From NCBI GenBank assembly GCA_035342335.1, contig DAOQWY010000016.1:11711-75710 (forward strand): a stretch of 64,000 nucleotides of DNA. Direction: 5' to 3'. The translations under genes were made by a program, and so were the position numbers. The notes below the pieces were generated by a model, which worked only from the letters and a program-made list of their open reading frames with translations, was not told where the DNA came from and made no database searches. Within the stretch, counting starts at the first letter, position 1. Every line of letters begins with the position of its first letter. Positions 36,344-44,390 of the stretch are shown here, one piece after another. The stretch is from Bacteroidales bacterium (GTDB taxonomy: Bacteria > Bacteroidota > Bacteroidia > Bacteroidales > JAGONC01).

Positions 36344-36524
36344 CCTTGTTTTTGGTTAAGGGTAGATTTTATCCGATAATGTTCCTCCTATTTTTGATTG
36401 CCCGGTTTCCCGGGTTTTACGTGATGAATGATGAAAGGTTTCAAAGCTAAAAGCCCCGCAAATATAGGCCTCTGTTGGCAAAATTGCAAATAGATTTTGT
36501 AATTTTGCAAATTATTTTTAAAAA

Positions 36525-39368
36525 ATGTTGTTCGATTCACTGGAAAACCTTGATCCGCATGATTTTATCCTCATCAAGGGAGCACGGGTTCATAACCTGA
36601 AAAACCTCTCTGTTGCTCTTCCACGCAATAAGCTTATTGTCATAACGGGTCTCTCCGGTTCAGGCAAATCATCACTCGCCTTCGACACCCTCTACGCCGA
36701 TGGACAGCGACGCTATGTAGAAAGTCTGAGCTCCTACGCCCGGCAGTTTCTGGGCAGGATGAGCAAACCGGAGGTGGATTTCATCAGGGGGATCGCCCCG
36801 GCCATAGCCATCGAACAGAAAGTCAATAACCGGAATCCCCGCTCAACGGTTGGAACATCCACGGAAATCTATGAATACCTCAAGCTGTTGTATGCCCGTA
36901 TCGGAACAACGTTCTCCCCGGTTTCCGGCAACCAGGTCAAACGACATACGGTTACGGATGTCGTTGATCATGTTCAGACCCTTGAGCCTGGAACAAGGTT
37001 TTTGATCCAATGCCCGCTGATCATCAAAGCGAAGAGGACGCTCAAAGAACAGCTGTCTGTCTTATTGCAGCAGGGATTCAACAAGATTTCCATCCAGCAG
37101 GAAATGATCAGGATTGAAGATTTTCTTTCGGATTCCTACGCCGGGCCGGTGCCTGACACTTGCTACCTGGTGATCGACAGGATGGTATGCCAGCATGGTA
37201 AAGAAGATCTGCTGGCCCGCATTGCTGACTCGGCAGAGCTGGCATTCTATGAAGGGGATGGATGCTGCGTGGTGGAGTCCATCGGTGAAGATGAAAGGAA
37301 GGTGGTTGTTTTCACGAATCGTTTTGAGCTGGACGGAATGACGTTTGAAGAACCCAGCCCCAACCTGTTCAGTTTCAACAATCCCTATGGAGCCTGCAAA
37401 CGGTGCGAGGGATTCGGAAGCATCATCGGCATCGATGAGGACCTGGTCATTCCCAACAAGAGCCTGTCGGTTTATGAGGATGCCATTGCCTGCTGGAGGG
37501 GAGAAAAGATGAGTGAGTGGAAGGATGTTCTCGTGATGAATGCCTACCGGTTCGGATTCCCTATCTACAAACCCTTCTACGAGCTGACCGATGAACAGAA
37601 AGAACTCTTGTGGACAGGGAATGAATATTTCAGCGGTTTGAATGATTTTTTCAACTATGTGGAAGAACAGACCTACAAGATCCAGTACCGTGTCATGCTG
37701 AGCCGTTACCGGGGAAAGACGGTCTGCCCCGAGTGCAAGGGAACCCGGTTGAGGATGGATGCCAACTATGTGAAGGTTGGAGGAAAATCCATCTCGGATA
37801 CCGTATTGATGCCGGTGAGCCAGGCACTTTCCTTTTTCAGGAACCTGAAGCTCGCCTCAACCCACAGGGTTGCTGCAAACCGCCTGCTGACAGAGATCAC
37901 CAACCGGTTGCAATACCTGGAGGATGTGGGGCTTGGATACCTGACACTGAACCGCCTTGCCTCCAGTCTGTCAGGGGGGGAATCGCAGCGTATCAACCTG
38001 GCGACCTCGCTGGGCAGCAACCTGGTAGGCTCCATGTACATCCTGGACGAACCCAGCATCGGCCTGCATCCGCGTGACACCTATCGTTTGATACGCGTTC
38101 TGCTGCAACTGCGCGATCTTGGCAACACGGTGATCGTGGTGGAACATGATGAAGACATCATCCGCGCAGCGGACCAGATCATCGATATTGGCCCGATGGC
38201 CGGAAGCCACGGAGGTGAGCTCGTGTTTCAGGGTGATTACGATGAGCTCCTCCACGACAACAGCAGCCTCACCGGGCAATACCTTTCCCACAAGCAAATG
38301 ATCCCGTTGCCTGCGATCAGGAGAACGTGGAAAGATTTCATTGAGGTTTCCGGTGCCAGGGAACATAACCTGAAAGGTATTTCGGTCCGTTTTCCCTTGC
38401 AGGTATTTACCTGTGTTACCGGCGTCAGCGGGTCAGGAAAGACAACGCTGGTCAAAAAAATCCTCTTTGCAGCATTGAAGAAAATCCACGGCGGATATGC
38501 AGAAAAAACGGGCAAATTCGATAAACTTGACGGTGACATTCAGCGCATAGGAAACATTGAACTGGTGGACCAGAATCCCATCGGAAGATCCACGCGTTCC
38601 AATCCGGCCACGTACGTGAAAGCCTACGATGATATCCGCCAGTTGTTTGCTGATCAGCAACTGGCCAGGATCAGGGGATACAAACCCGGTTTCTTCTCGT
38701 TCAATGTCCCCGGTGGGCGCTGTGAAGAATGCGAGGGTGAAGGCACCGTAAAGATCGAAATGCAGTTCATGGCCGACATTTACCTGAAATGTGAGAGCTG
38801 TGATGGCAAACGGTTCCGCGAGGAAGTGCTGGATGTCAGGTACAGGGACAATACCATCAGTGACGTTCTGGATCTGACTGTTTCCCAGGCGATCCATCTC
38901 TTCGGAAGCCATAAAAAGAAAAATTCGATCGAAAGCAGGATCGTGGGCAAACTGCAACCACTTGAAGATGTCGGACTGGGTTATCTCAAGCTGGGGCAAT
39001 CTTCCAGCACGTTGAGCGGAGGCGAGGCGCAACGAACAAAACTGGCCTATTTCCTGGCAAAGGGAGCGACCGAAGTACCCACCTTTTTCATTTTTGATGA
39101 ACCCACCACCGGGCTTCACTTTCACGACATCCACAAACTTCTGGACGCATTTCACGCATTGATCGAACGCGGGCATACCATTCTGGTCATCGAACATAAC
39201 CTGGAGGTCATCAAATGTGCCGACTGGATCATTGACCTCGGGCCGGAGGGTGGCGATGAAGGCGGGACCGTTGTCTTCACGGGCACTCCGGAAGACATGG
39301 TTACTGCCAACGGAACCCATACAGCCCTTTATCTGCGGCAAAAACTTTCTCCTGAATCCATCCATTAA
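36525..39368 (+). CDS. uvrA: Excinuclease ABC subunit A
   Basis: 947-aa ORF with two ABC modules ([14 protein letters not shown]; [10 protein letters not shown]), zinc-finger Cys pairs (CKRCEGFG; CPECKGTR; CEECEGEG...CESCDG) and LSGGE signature motifs. Confidence 0.97.
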   Translation: MLFDSLENLDPHDFILIKGARVHNLKNLSVALPRNKLIVITGLSGSGKSSLAFDTLYADGQRRYVESLSSYARQFLGRMSKPEVDFIRGIAPAIAIEQKVNNRNPRSTVGTSTEIYEYLKLLYARIGTTFSPVSGNQVKRHTVTDVVDHVQTLEPGTRFLIQCPLIIKAKRTLKEQLSVLLQQGFNKISIQQEMIRIEDFLSDSYAGPVPDTCYLVIDRMVCQHGKEDLLARIADSAELAFYEGDGCCVVESIGEDERKVVVFTNRFELDGMTFEEPSPNLFSFNNPYGACKRCEGFGSIIGIDEDLVIPNKSLSVYEDAIACWRGEKMSEWKDVLVMNAYRFGFPIYKPFYELTDEQKELLWTGNEYFSGLNDFFNYVEEQTYKIQYRVMLSRYRGKTVCPECKGTRLRMDANYVKVGGKSISDTVLMPVSQALSFFRNLKLASTHRVAANRLLTEITNRLQYLEDVGLGYLTLNRLASSLSGGESQRINLATSLGSNLVGSMYILDEPSIGLHPRDTYRLIRVLLQLRDLGNTVIVVEHDEDIIRAADQIIDIGPMAGSHGGELVFQGDYDELLHDNSSLTGQYLSHKQMIPLPAIRRTWKDFIEVSGAREHNLKGISVRFPLQVFTCVTGVSGSGKTTLVKKILFAALKKIHGGYAEKTGKFDKLDGDIQRIGNIELVDQNPIGRSTRSNPATYVKAYDDIRQLFADQQLARIRGYKPGFFSFNVPGGRCEECEGEGTVKIEMQFMADIYLKCESCDGKRFREEVLDVRYRDNTISDVLDLTVSQAIHLFGSHKKKNSIESRIVGKLQPLEDVGLGYLKLGQSSSTLSGGEAQRTKLAYFLAKGATEVPTFFIFDEPTTGLHFHDIHKLLDAFHALIERGHTILVIEHNLEVIKCADWIIDLGPEGGDEGGTVVFTGTPEDMVTANGTHTALYLRQKLSPESIH

Positions 39369-39384
39369 CCAATAAACCATAGCT

Positions 39385-40320
39385 ATGCTGAAGTCAATTA
39401 AAATCCTTGAAGACCAGGAAATAGAGAATATCCTTGCCGAACTGGACAGGCGCGTGGTGTTCGAAAAGACCAACATCATCCCCGAATCCCATGACCTCTA
39501 TGAACGGCTCCGGTCCTATGTAAAGTACGACAGGATAGGATTCAAATCCGTGCTGGGAATCGACATTTTCCAGTACAGCGGTTTCGGTGAATTTGAACAG
39601 ACCCTTCTCCCCTTCGTATTTAAAACCATCTTCAAAAGCACCATCCAGTTATGCCTGGAAAATCATCCCTATATCTTTCAGAAATACAACCAGGAAGACA
39701 TTGAAAAAAGTTTTATCAGCACAGGCGACGGAGGATTTCTCATCTTTGACACACCGTTTCATTCACTCGTATTTGCCTGCAATCTTGCGGTCATATTGCG
39801 TATCTACAACTCGTTCCATTATTACCCCAAATTAAGAAGGATCATAGGGGCCATCAATTTACGGTATGCCATTACCTATGACAAGATCAATTCCTTTGAG
39901 GACAATTATTATGGCAGGGCTGTGATCAACAATGCCCGCATTCTTCAGAAAGACAACCTCAACCGCTGTTTGATCGACGAAAACGTCTTCCGCTGGTTCA
40001 CCCTGAACATCGATGGGCTTGAGAACCTGCAGATCCTGACCATACAGGATGTAGCCAATATATATGAGTTCAATAAATATTATGACAAGGACTTTCTGTC
40101 CAAACGTCAGGATGAGATCTTTGAGAGAGAACCCTCGCGAAGGTATGGGATCATCAACTCGGACGTGCTTGAGATAGGCAAGATCCGGTCGAAGGAAGCG
40201 GAGATGAACATCTACAACCTGCATTTGCAGGTCACGCTCAACCTTTACAATGATGATGACCGGAAGCAGATGCGGACGATCACAGCCAGCCTGGGGAACC
40301 TTAATACGTCGGGGATATGA
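39385..40320 (+). CDS. Stand-alone class III nucleotidyl-cyclase-like protein with an unknown ~110-aa C-terminal extension
   Basis: 311-aa ORF. Motifs appear in the order of the cyclase homology domain: VLGIDIFQYSG (first metal Asp), ISTGDGGFLIF (second metal Asp), and LRYAITYDKI...NYYGRAVINNARIL (Asn/Arg transition-state pair). It lies 16 bp after uvrA, and its TGA overlaps the next ATG. Confidence 0.55.
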   Translation: MLKSIKILEDQEIENILAELDRRVVFEKTNIIPESHDLYERLRSYVKYDRIGFKSVLGIDIFQYSGFGEFEQTLLPFVFKTIFKSTIQLCLENHPYIFQKYNQEDIEKSFISTGDGGFLIFDTPFHSLVFACNLAVILRIYNSFHYYPKLRRIIGAINLRYAITYDKINSFEDNYYGRAVINNARILQKDNLNRCLIDENVFRWFTLNIDGLENLQILTIQDVANIYEFNKYYDKDFLSKRQDEIFEREPSRRYGIINSDVLEIGKIRSKEAEMNIYNLHLQVTLNLYNDDDRKQMRTITASLGNLNTSGI

Positions 40321-40348
40321 GAGGAGAGAGGAGAGAGGAGAGAGGAGA
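40317..40348. repeat. 32-bp polypurine element ATGAGAGGAGAGAGGAGAGAGGAGAGAGGAGA, with an exact inverted second copy at 26149-26180
   Basis: Base-by-base comparison of the two loci shows 32/32 identity. Both copies start at the stop codon of the preceding gene. Confidence 0.9.
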
Positions 40349-41213
40349 AAGGAGAGATGGAGGGTGGGGTGTTTGGGTTTTGAGTGTGATCATCCTGTTG
40401 GCCCTGATGGGGTGTTCAGACTGGAAACAGCCTGAAAAATCAACGATCACTGTCAGCATTTTGCCGCAGAAGTACTGGGTGGAGCGGATTGCGGGTGACC
40501 GGTTCGACGTACGGGTGATGGTGCCGCCCGGGGCCGACTCCCATACGTATGAACCTTCACCGAAAGATGTGCAGCAACTTTCGGAATCATCGCTCTATTT
40601 CAGCCTGGAATACATTGACTTTGAACAGAGTTACCTTCATAAATTCCAATCGGTCAATCCCCGGATGAACATCATCGGATTGCCGGAAGATATCACCCTG
40701 ATCCAGGATGATGACGGTCACAACGGGGTTGACCCGCATTTCTGGTTATCGGTAGCTGAGGTGCGGAAGATCATCAAAAGCATGCTTCAGCCGATCATCC
40801 GGCTGGATCCCGGACACGAGGACCTTTACCGGGAAAACTGCGACCGGTTCCTGCAGGAGCTGGATACGCTGGAGGCTTTTTTAGCACAAACGCTGGCATC
40901 GGTAAACGGGAAAACCGTGATCATCTACCACCCCATCCTGGCTTATCTTGCACGGGATTATGGTTTTTCCCAGGCAGCCCTGGAGGAAGGGGGTAAAAGT
41001 CCATCGGCCCATCACATGAAAGAAATCATTGATCTTGCCAGGCAAATGAATATAAGAACTATCTTTATCCAGCAACAATTCGACAGATCGATGGCTCAGG
41101 GCGTGGCAGGCGAAATTGGCGGAAAGATCGAAGTACTTGATCCGCTGGCTTATCAGTGGGTGGATAACCTCCGGGAGATTGCGCGTAAACTGAACCGTAT
41201 TTTTCAATCCTGA
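40317..41213 (+). CDS. Metal (Zn/Mn) ABC transporter substrate-binding lipoprotein, ZnuA/TroA family
   Basis: The lipobox is LLALMGCS. SILPQKYWVERIAG...PPGADSHTYEPSPKD...DPHFWLS are the metal-binding His/Asp positions. The true start is ambiguous: ATG 40317 lies inside the polypurine repeat, and TTG 40380 and GTG 40386 are alternatives. Confidence 0.8.
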   Translation: MRGERREERGERRDGGWGVWVLSVIILLALMGCSDWKQPEKSTITVSILPQKYWVERIAGDRFDVRVMVPPGADSHTYEPSPKDVQQLSESSLYFSLEYIDFEQSYLHKFQSVNPRMNIIGLPEDITLIQDDDGHNGVDPHFWLSVAEVRKIIKSMLQPIIRLDPGHEDLYRENCDRFLQELDTLEAFLAQTLASVNGKTVIIYHPILAYLARDYGFSQAALEEGGKSPSAHHMKEIIDLARQMNIRTIFIQQQFDRSMAQGVAGEIGGKIEVLDPLAYQWVDNLREIARKLNRIFQS

Positions 41214-41219
41214 CAATCT

Positions 41220-41978
41220 ATGGACAAACTCGTCGAGCTGAATAAAATAACGGCAGGCTACGGCAATCAGGTGGTCCTGGCGGATGTCAGCCTTACCATC
41301 CTTGACCGGGATTTCATTGGGGTGATCGGACCGAACGGCGGCGGAAAAACGACGCTGCTGAAGGTGATCATCGGACTGCTTGCCCCTTTGTCAGGATCGG
41401 TACGGTATTTTCCCGGGGGGAAGGACCGGTGTAACTTCCTGGGTTATCTGCCCCAGCTCATGCAGTATGATGACAAATTCCCGATCACTGCCCTGGAGGT
41501 GGTCTTATCAGGCATCCTGGCGGGAAACCGGCTGGCTAAAAAAATCACCGGGGATGACAAAAAACTGGCCACGGACCTGATGGAACAGATGGGTGTAGTT
41601 CATCTGCGGAAAAAGGTCATTGGTGAACTGTCGGGGGGAGAAAGGCAGCGGTTGTTCCTGTGCCGGTCGATCATTTCCAATCCCCGCCTGCTGATCCTTG
41701 ACGAGCCCGATACGTTTGTCGACAACAGGTTTGAGCATGATCTTTACGGGATCCTCCGGGAACTGAATGACCGCATGGCTGTAATCATGGTCTCACACGA
41801 CCTGGGAACCATCTCGGCTAATGTCAAGACGATCGCCTGCGTGAACCGTAACCTGCATTATCACCCCTCGAACATGATCACCGAACAGCAGCTGGCAGCC
41901 TATGATTGTCCGATACAGCTGATCACGCACGGGAATGTGCCGCACACCGTATTGAAAAAGCATGACCCATGGAACTGA
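41220..41978 (+). CDS. Metal ABC transporter ATP-binding protein (ZnuC-like)
   Basis: Walker A is GPNGGGKTTL, the signature is LSGGERQR, and Walker B is LLILDEP. Confidence 0.85.
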   Translation: MDKLVELNKITAGYGNQVVLADVSLTILDRDFIGVIGPNGGGKTTLLKVIIGLLAPLSGSVRYFPGGKDRCNFLGYLPQLMQYDDKFPITALEVVLSGILAGNRLAKKITGDDKKLATDLMEQMGVVHLRKKVIGELSGGERQRLFLCRSIISNPRLLILDEPDTFVDNRFEHDLYGILRELNDRMAVIMVSHDLGTISANVKTIACVNRNLHYHPSNMITEQQLAAYDCPIQLITHGNVPHTVLKKHDPWN

Positions 41979-42778
41979 TATTCCTTGATCTCCTATCCTA
42001 CCGGTTCTTTGTACATGCACTGGCAGCTGCAGTCCTGACAAGCATACTCTGCGGCATGATCGGGACATACATCGTTTCCAAAAGAATGGTCTTCATCAGC
42101 GGGGGCATTACCCACACATCCTTCGGCGGGATAGGGATCGGGTATTTTCTTGGCATACAACCCATGATCGGCGCCGCAGTCTTCAGTCTGCTCTCGGCCG
42201 TTGGCATTGAATATTTTTCGCGAAAGGGCGATATCCGGCATGATTCCATGATCGCCATCTTTTGGGCGCTGGGAATGGCTGTGGGGATCACCTTCATCTA
42301 TCTGACACCGGGATATGCGCCCAATCTGATGAGTTACCTGTTCGGAAGCATCCTGACCATATCAACAGCCGAATTGATCGCTTTGCTGGGTGTGACCCTT
42401 CTGACCGGGGTCATTTTTTCAGTGTTTTATCGTCCGATTCTTTATGTTGCATTCGATGAGGAATTTGCCCGGACGCGCATGATTCCCGTACAACTCATTA
42501 AGTACCTGATGATCAGTCTTATAGCACTAACAATCGTATTTAGCATCCGCATTGTCGGCATCATCCTGGTCATTTCATTGCTGACGATCCCACAGACTGC
42601 GGCCAACCTGCTGACCAGACGGTTTGACCGGATCATCCTCTATTCCATCCTGCTGGCGCTCTCAGGGACCATCGGGGGATTGATCCTGTCGTATTACCTG
42701 AATATCCCCTCCGGGGCGACGATCATTTTTTGCCTGGTGGTGATTTTTCTCACAGTACGGTTGACGAAAAAGAGATAA
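41969..42778 (+). CDS. Metal ABC transporter permease (ZnuB-like)
   Basis: 269-aa ORF with about 8 TM helices. It has a 10-bp overlap with the ATPase gene, which is the typical ABC-3 family layout. Confidence 0.85.
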   Translation: MELIFLDLLSYRFFVHALAAAVLTSILCGMIGTYIVSKRMVFISGGITHTSFGGIGIGYFLGIQPMIGAAVFSLLSAVGIEYFSRKGDIRHDSMIAIFWALGMAVGITFIYLTPGYAPNLMSYLFGSILTISTAELIALLGVTLLTGVIFSVFYRPILYVAFDEEFARTRMIPVQLIKYLMISLIALTIVFSIRIVGIILVISLLTIPQTAANLLTRRFDRIILYSILLALSGTIGGLILSYYLNIPSGATIIFCLVVIFLTVRLTKKR

Positions 42779-42782
42779 CCTG

Positions 42783-43430
42783 TCAAACCTGAATGATCCT
42801 GTACTCAACAGGACGGGGAACCCCCTTGAAGTCCTCAAGGTACTTACCGGAAACGAATTTCAGACAGCCCTGGTCCAGGGAAATCTTTTCTGAGGTGACA
42901 TCTTCCTGGACTTTTTGAAAAAATTTCTCGCTGATCACAATCCGGTACGGTTTGGCCTTCGACATCAGCCTTGCCGAAAGGTCCACGTCCTTTCCGTAAT
43001 AATCATTGTATCCTTCCAGAAAGGTCACATTGTACACCTCAGTACAATAATGTATGGCCACCTTACAGGGGAGAAAGAGATCTTCTACCGGAAAATTCTT
43101 TATGTTGTCGAGGGTTGCATAAATTTCCTCCAGTAACGCAAAGCACGTATGAAAGGTTGACTTGCGGTGAAGCTCCTGGTCAGGGATAAAAAGCATGATC
43201 TCGTCGCCGATTCCTTTGACAATGTTATCCGGGAAGTCGTTGAGAAGCGAGATGAAGTTAAACGTGTTGTTCAGTTTTTGCCCCCACCTGGTAAAGGGCT
43301 CACGGTATTTGATCCAGGTAGAGTCGACAATATCAATGAAAAGGCAAACTCCAGGGCATTTGGGCACGTCCTGAAGCACCCGTTCAATCCCGGCGGACCG
43401 GGGATCCTTGTCATGAATCCATTGAGCCAT
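42783..43430 (-). CDS. Stand-alone class III nucleotidyl-cyclase-like protein
   Basis: 215-aa ORF. Motifs are CLFIDIVDST (first metal Asp), KGIGDEIMLFIP (second metal Asp), and CKVAIHYCTEVYNV...YYGKDVDLSARLMSKAKPYRIVISEKF (the cyclase r.GihtG...yG..vn.AaRl...a....i.vSe pattern, with Asp in place of the usual Asn). It starts 3 bp after the STAS gene. Confidence 0.6.
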   Translation of the reverse strand: MAQWIHDKDPRSAGIERVLQDVPKCPGVCLFIDIVDSTWIKYREPFTRWGQKLNNTFNFISLLNDFPDNIVKGIGDEIMLFIPDQELHRKSTFHTCFALLEEIYATLDNIKNFPVEDLFLPCKVAIHYCTEVYNVTFLEGYNDYYGKDVDLSARLMSKAKPYRIVISEKFFQKVQEDVTSEKISLDQGCLKFVSGKYLEDFKGVPRPVEYRIIQV

Positions 43431-43433
43431 GCA

Positions 43434-43766
43434 TCAGAATTGTTTCAGGGCTTCCTCACGCGTGGGGTAAATTGAAAAAATGCTGGTGAATCCGGAAATC
43501 TCAAAAATCTCACGGATGTTTTCCTGCAGGCAGCAAAGGACGAACATTCCCTTGACGGAATTGATCTTTTTGAGGCCCATCAGCATGATCCGCAGCCCGG
43601 AACTGCTGATGTAGGACAAATCGTTGCAATCTACCAGAAGGTTATGCTGGTTGTCATCGATCAGCTTCATGATTTTCTCCTCAAGAAAACTGTAGTTGGT
43701 GGTGTCTAATCTGCCTTTCAGTTCAAGGATGATGACACCATCCTGTAAAATGTCGGTTATTTCCAT
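43434..43766 (-). CDS. STAS-domain anti-sigma-factor antagonist (RsbV/SpoIIAA-like)
   Basis: 110-aa ORF. LELKGRLDTTN...LLVDCNDLSYISSSGLRIML contains the conserved phosphorylatable Ser context. Confidence 0.85.
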   Translation of the reverse strand: MEITDILQDGVIILELKGRLDTTNYSFLEEKIMKLIDDNQHNLLVDCNDLSYISSSGLRIMLMGLKKINSVKGMFVLCCLQENIREIFEISGFTSIFSIYPTREEALKQF

Positions 43767-43771
43767 TGAAG

Positions 43772-44212
43772 TTATTGTTTGACTTGTTTCGATAAAAGCA
43801 GTCTGTTATGATTCCCGGCGCGCTCATAAGCATAGGTATCCATGATCTCACGAACGAAATGGATCCCCAGTCCTCCGATTTTTCTCTCCTCCGGCGATTT
43901 GTTCAGGTCACCGGGTACATCGACACTGAAGGGATCAAAAGCTTTACCATCATCTTCAATCTGCAGAAAAATCCAGTCGTTCCGGAGATACATCCGAATC
44001 ATGATATTATGGCCGAGATCGTCTTCAAACCCATAAAAGATAATATTGGTGATCAGTTCCTCCAGTACCAGGTTCAACGAAAAAATATCCCTGGAAGTCA
44101 GATCCCATGCCTCTCCCTGCTTCTCAACAAACGCACGTATCCTCTCAAGTTCCTGTATATCATTATGTATGATAAGATCAGCCGCTGTCATGATAGCCCA
44201 ATGATTCCGCAC
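43772..44212 (-). CDS. Anti-sigma regulatory factor-type Ser/Thr kinase (RsbW/SpoIIAB-like, HATPase_c)
   Basis: 146-aa ORF. The N box is LVLEELITNII. IEDDGKAFDP and GGLGIHFVREIMD follow. An alternative start is M8 at 44191. Confidence 0.8.
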   Translation of the reverse strand: MRNHWAIMTAADLIIHNDIQELERIRAFVEKQGEAWDLTSRDIFSLNLVLEELITNIIFYGFEDDLGHNIMIRMYLRNDWIFLQIEDDGKAFDPFSVDVPGDLNKSPEERKIGGLGIHFVREIMDTYAYERAGNHNRLLLSKQVKQ

Positions 44213-44390
44213 GTGTATACGTTATTCATCCGGTAAAGTTAATAAGTTTTGTAAGGTTTTTTTAGATTTTATGGGTAAAGTAAATAAATTAGGTGGATAT
44301 TTACCAAAAGATGGAATTATTTAGGCCAGAAGGTGATCTTGTGAAGATTCTCTTCATTGTGTATGTTCAAATTTTGTAAATTTCACCAGC

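Noticed and set aside
38433-39479. 348-aa - strand ORF
   Set aside because: It lies antisense to the 3' third of uvrA and the start of the cyclase-like gene. It has no motifs and uvrA is unequivocal.
39385-43430. Classifying the two cyclase-like genes as Pycsar or CBASS-type antiphage cyclases
   Set aside because: Those systems pair the cyclase with an adjacent effector (TIR/TM with cNMP-binding, phospholipase, nuclease, etc.). Neither gene has such a neighbour here. One is followed by a Zn transporter and the other is preceded by STAS and kinase genes. Defence function is therefore not claimed, and only the cyclase-like fold is proposed.
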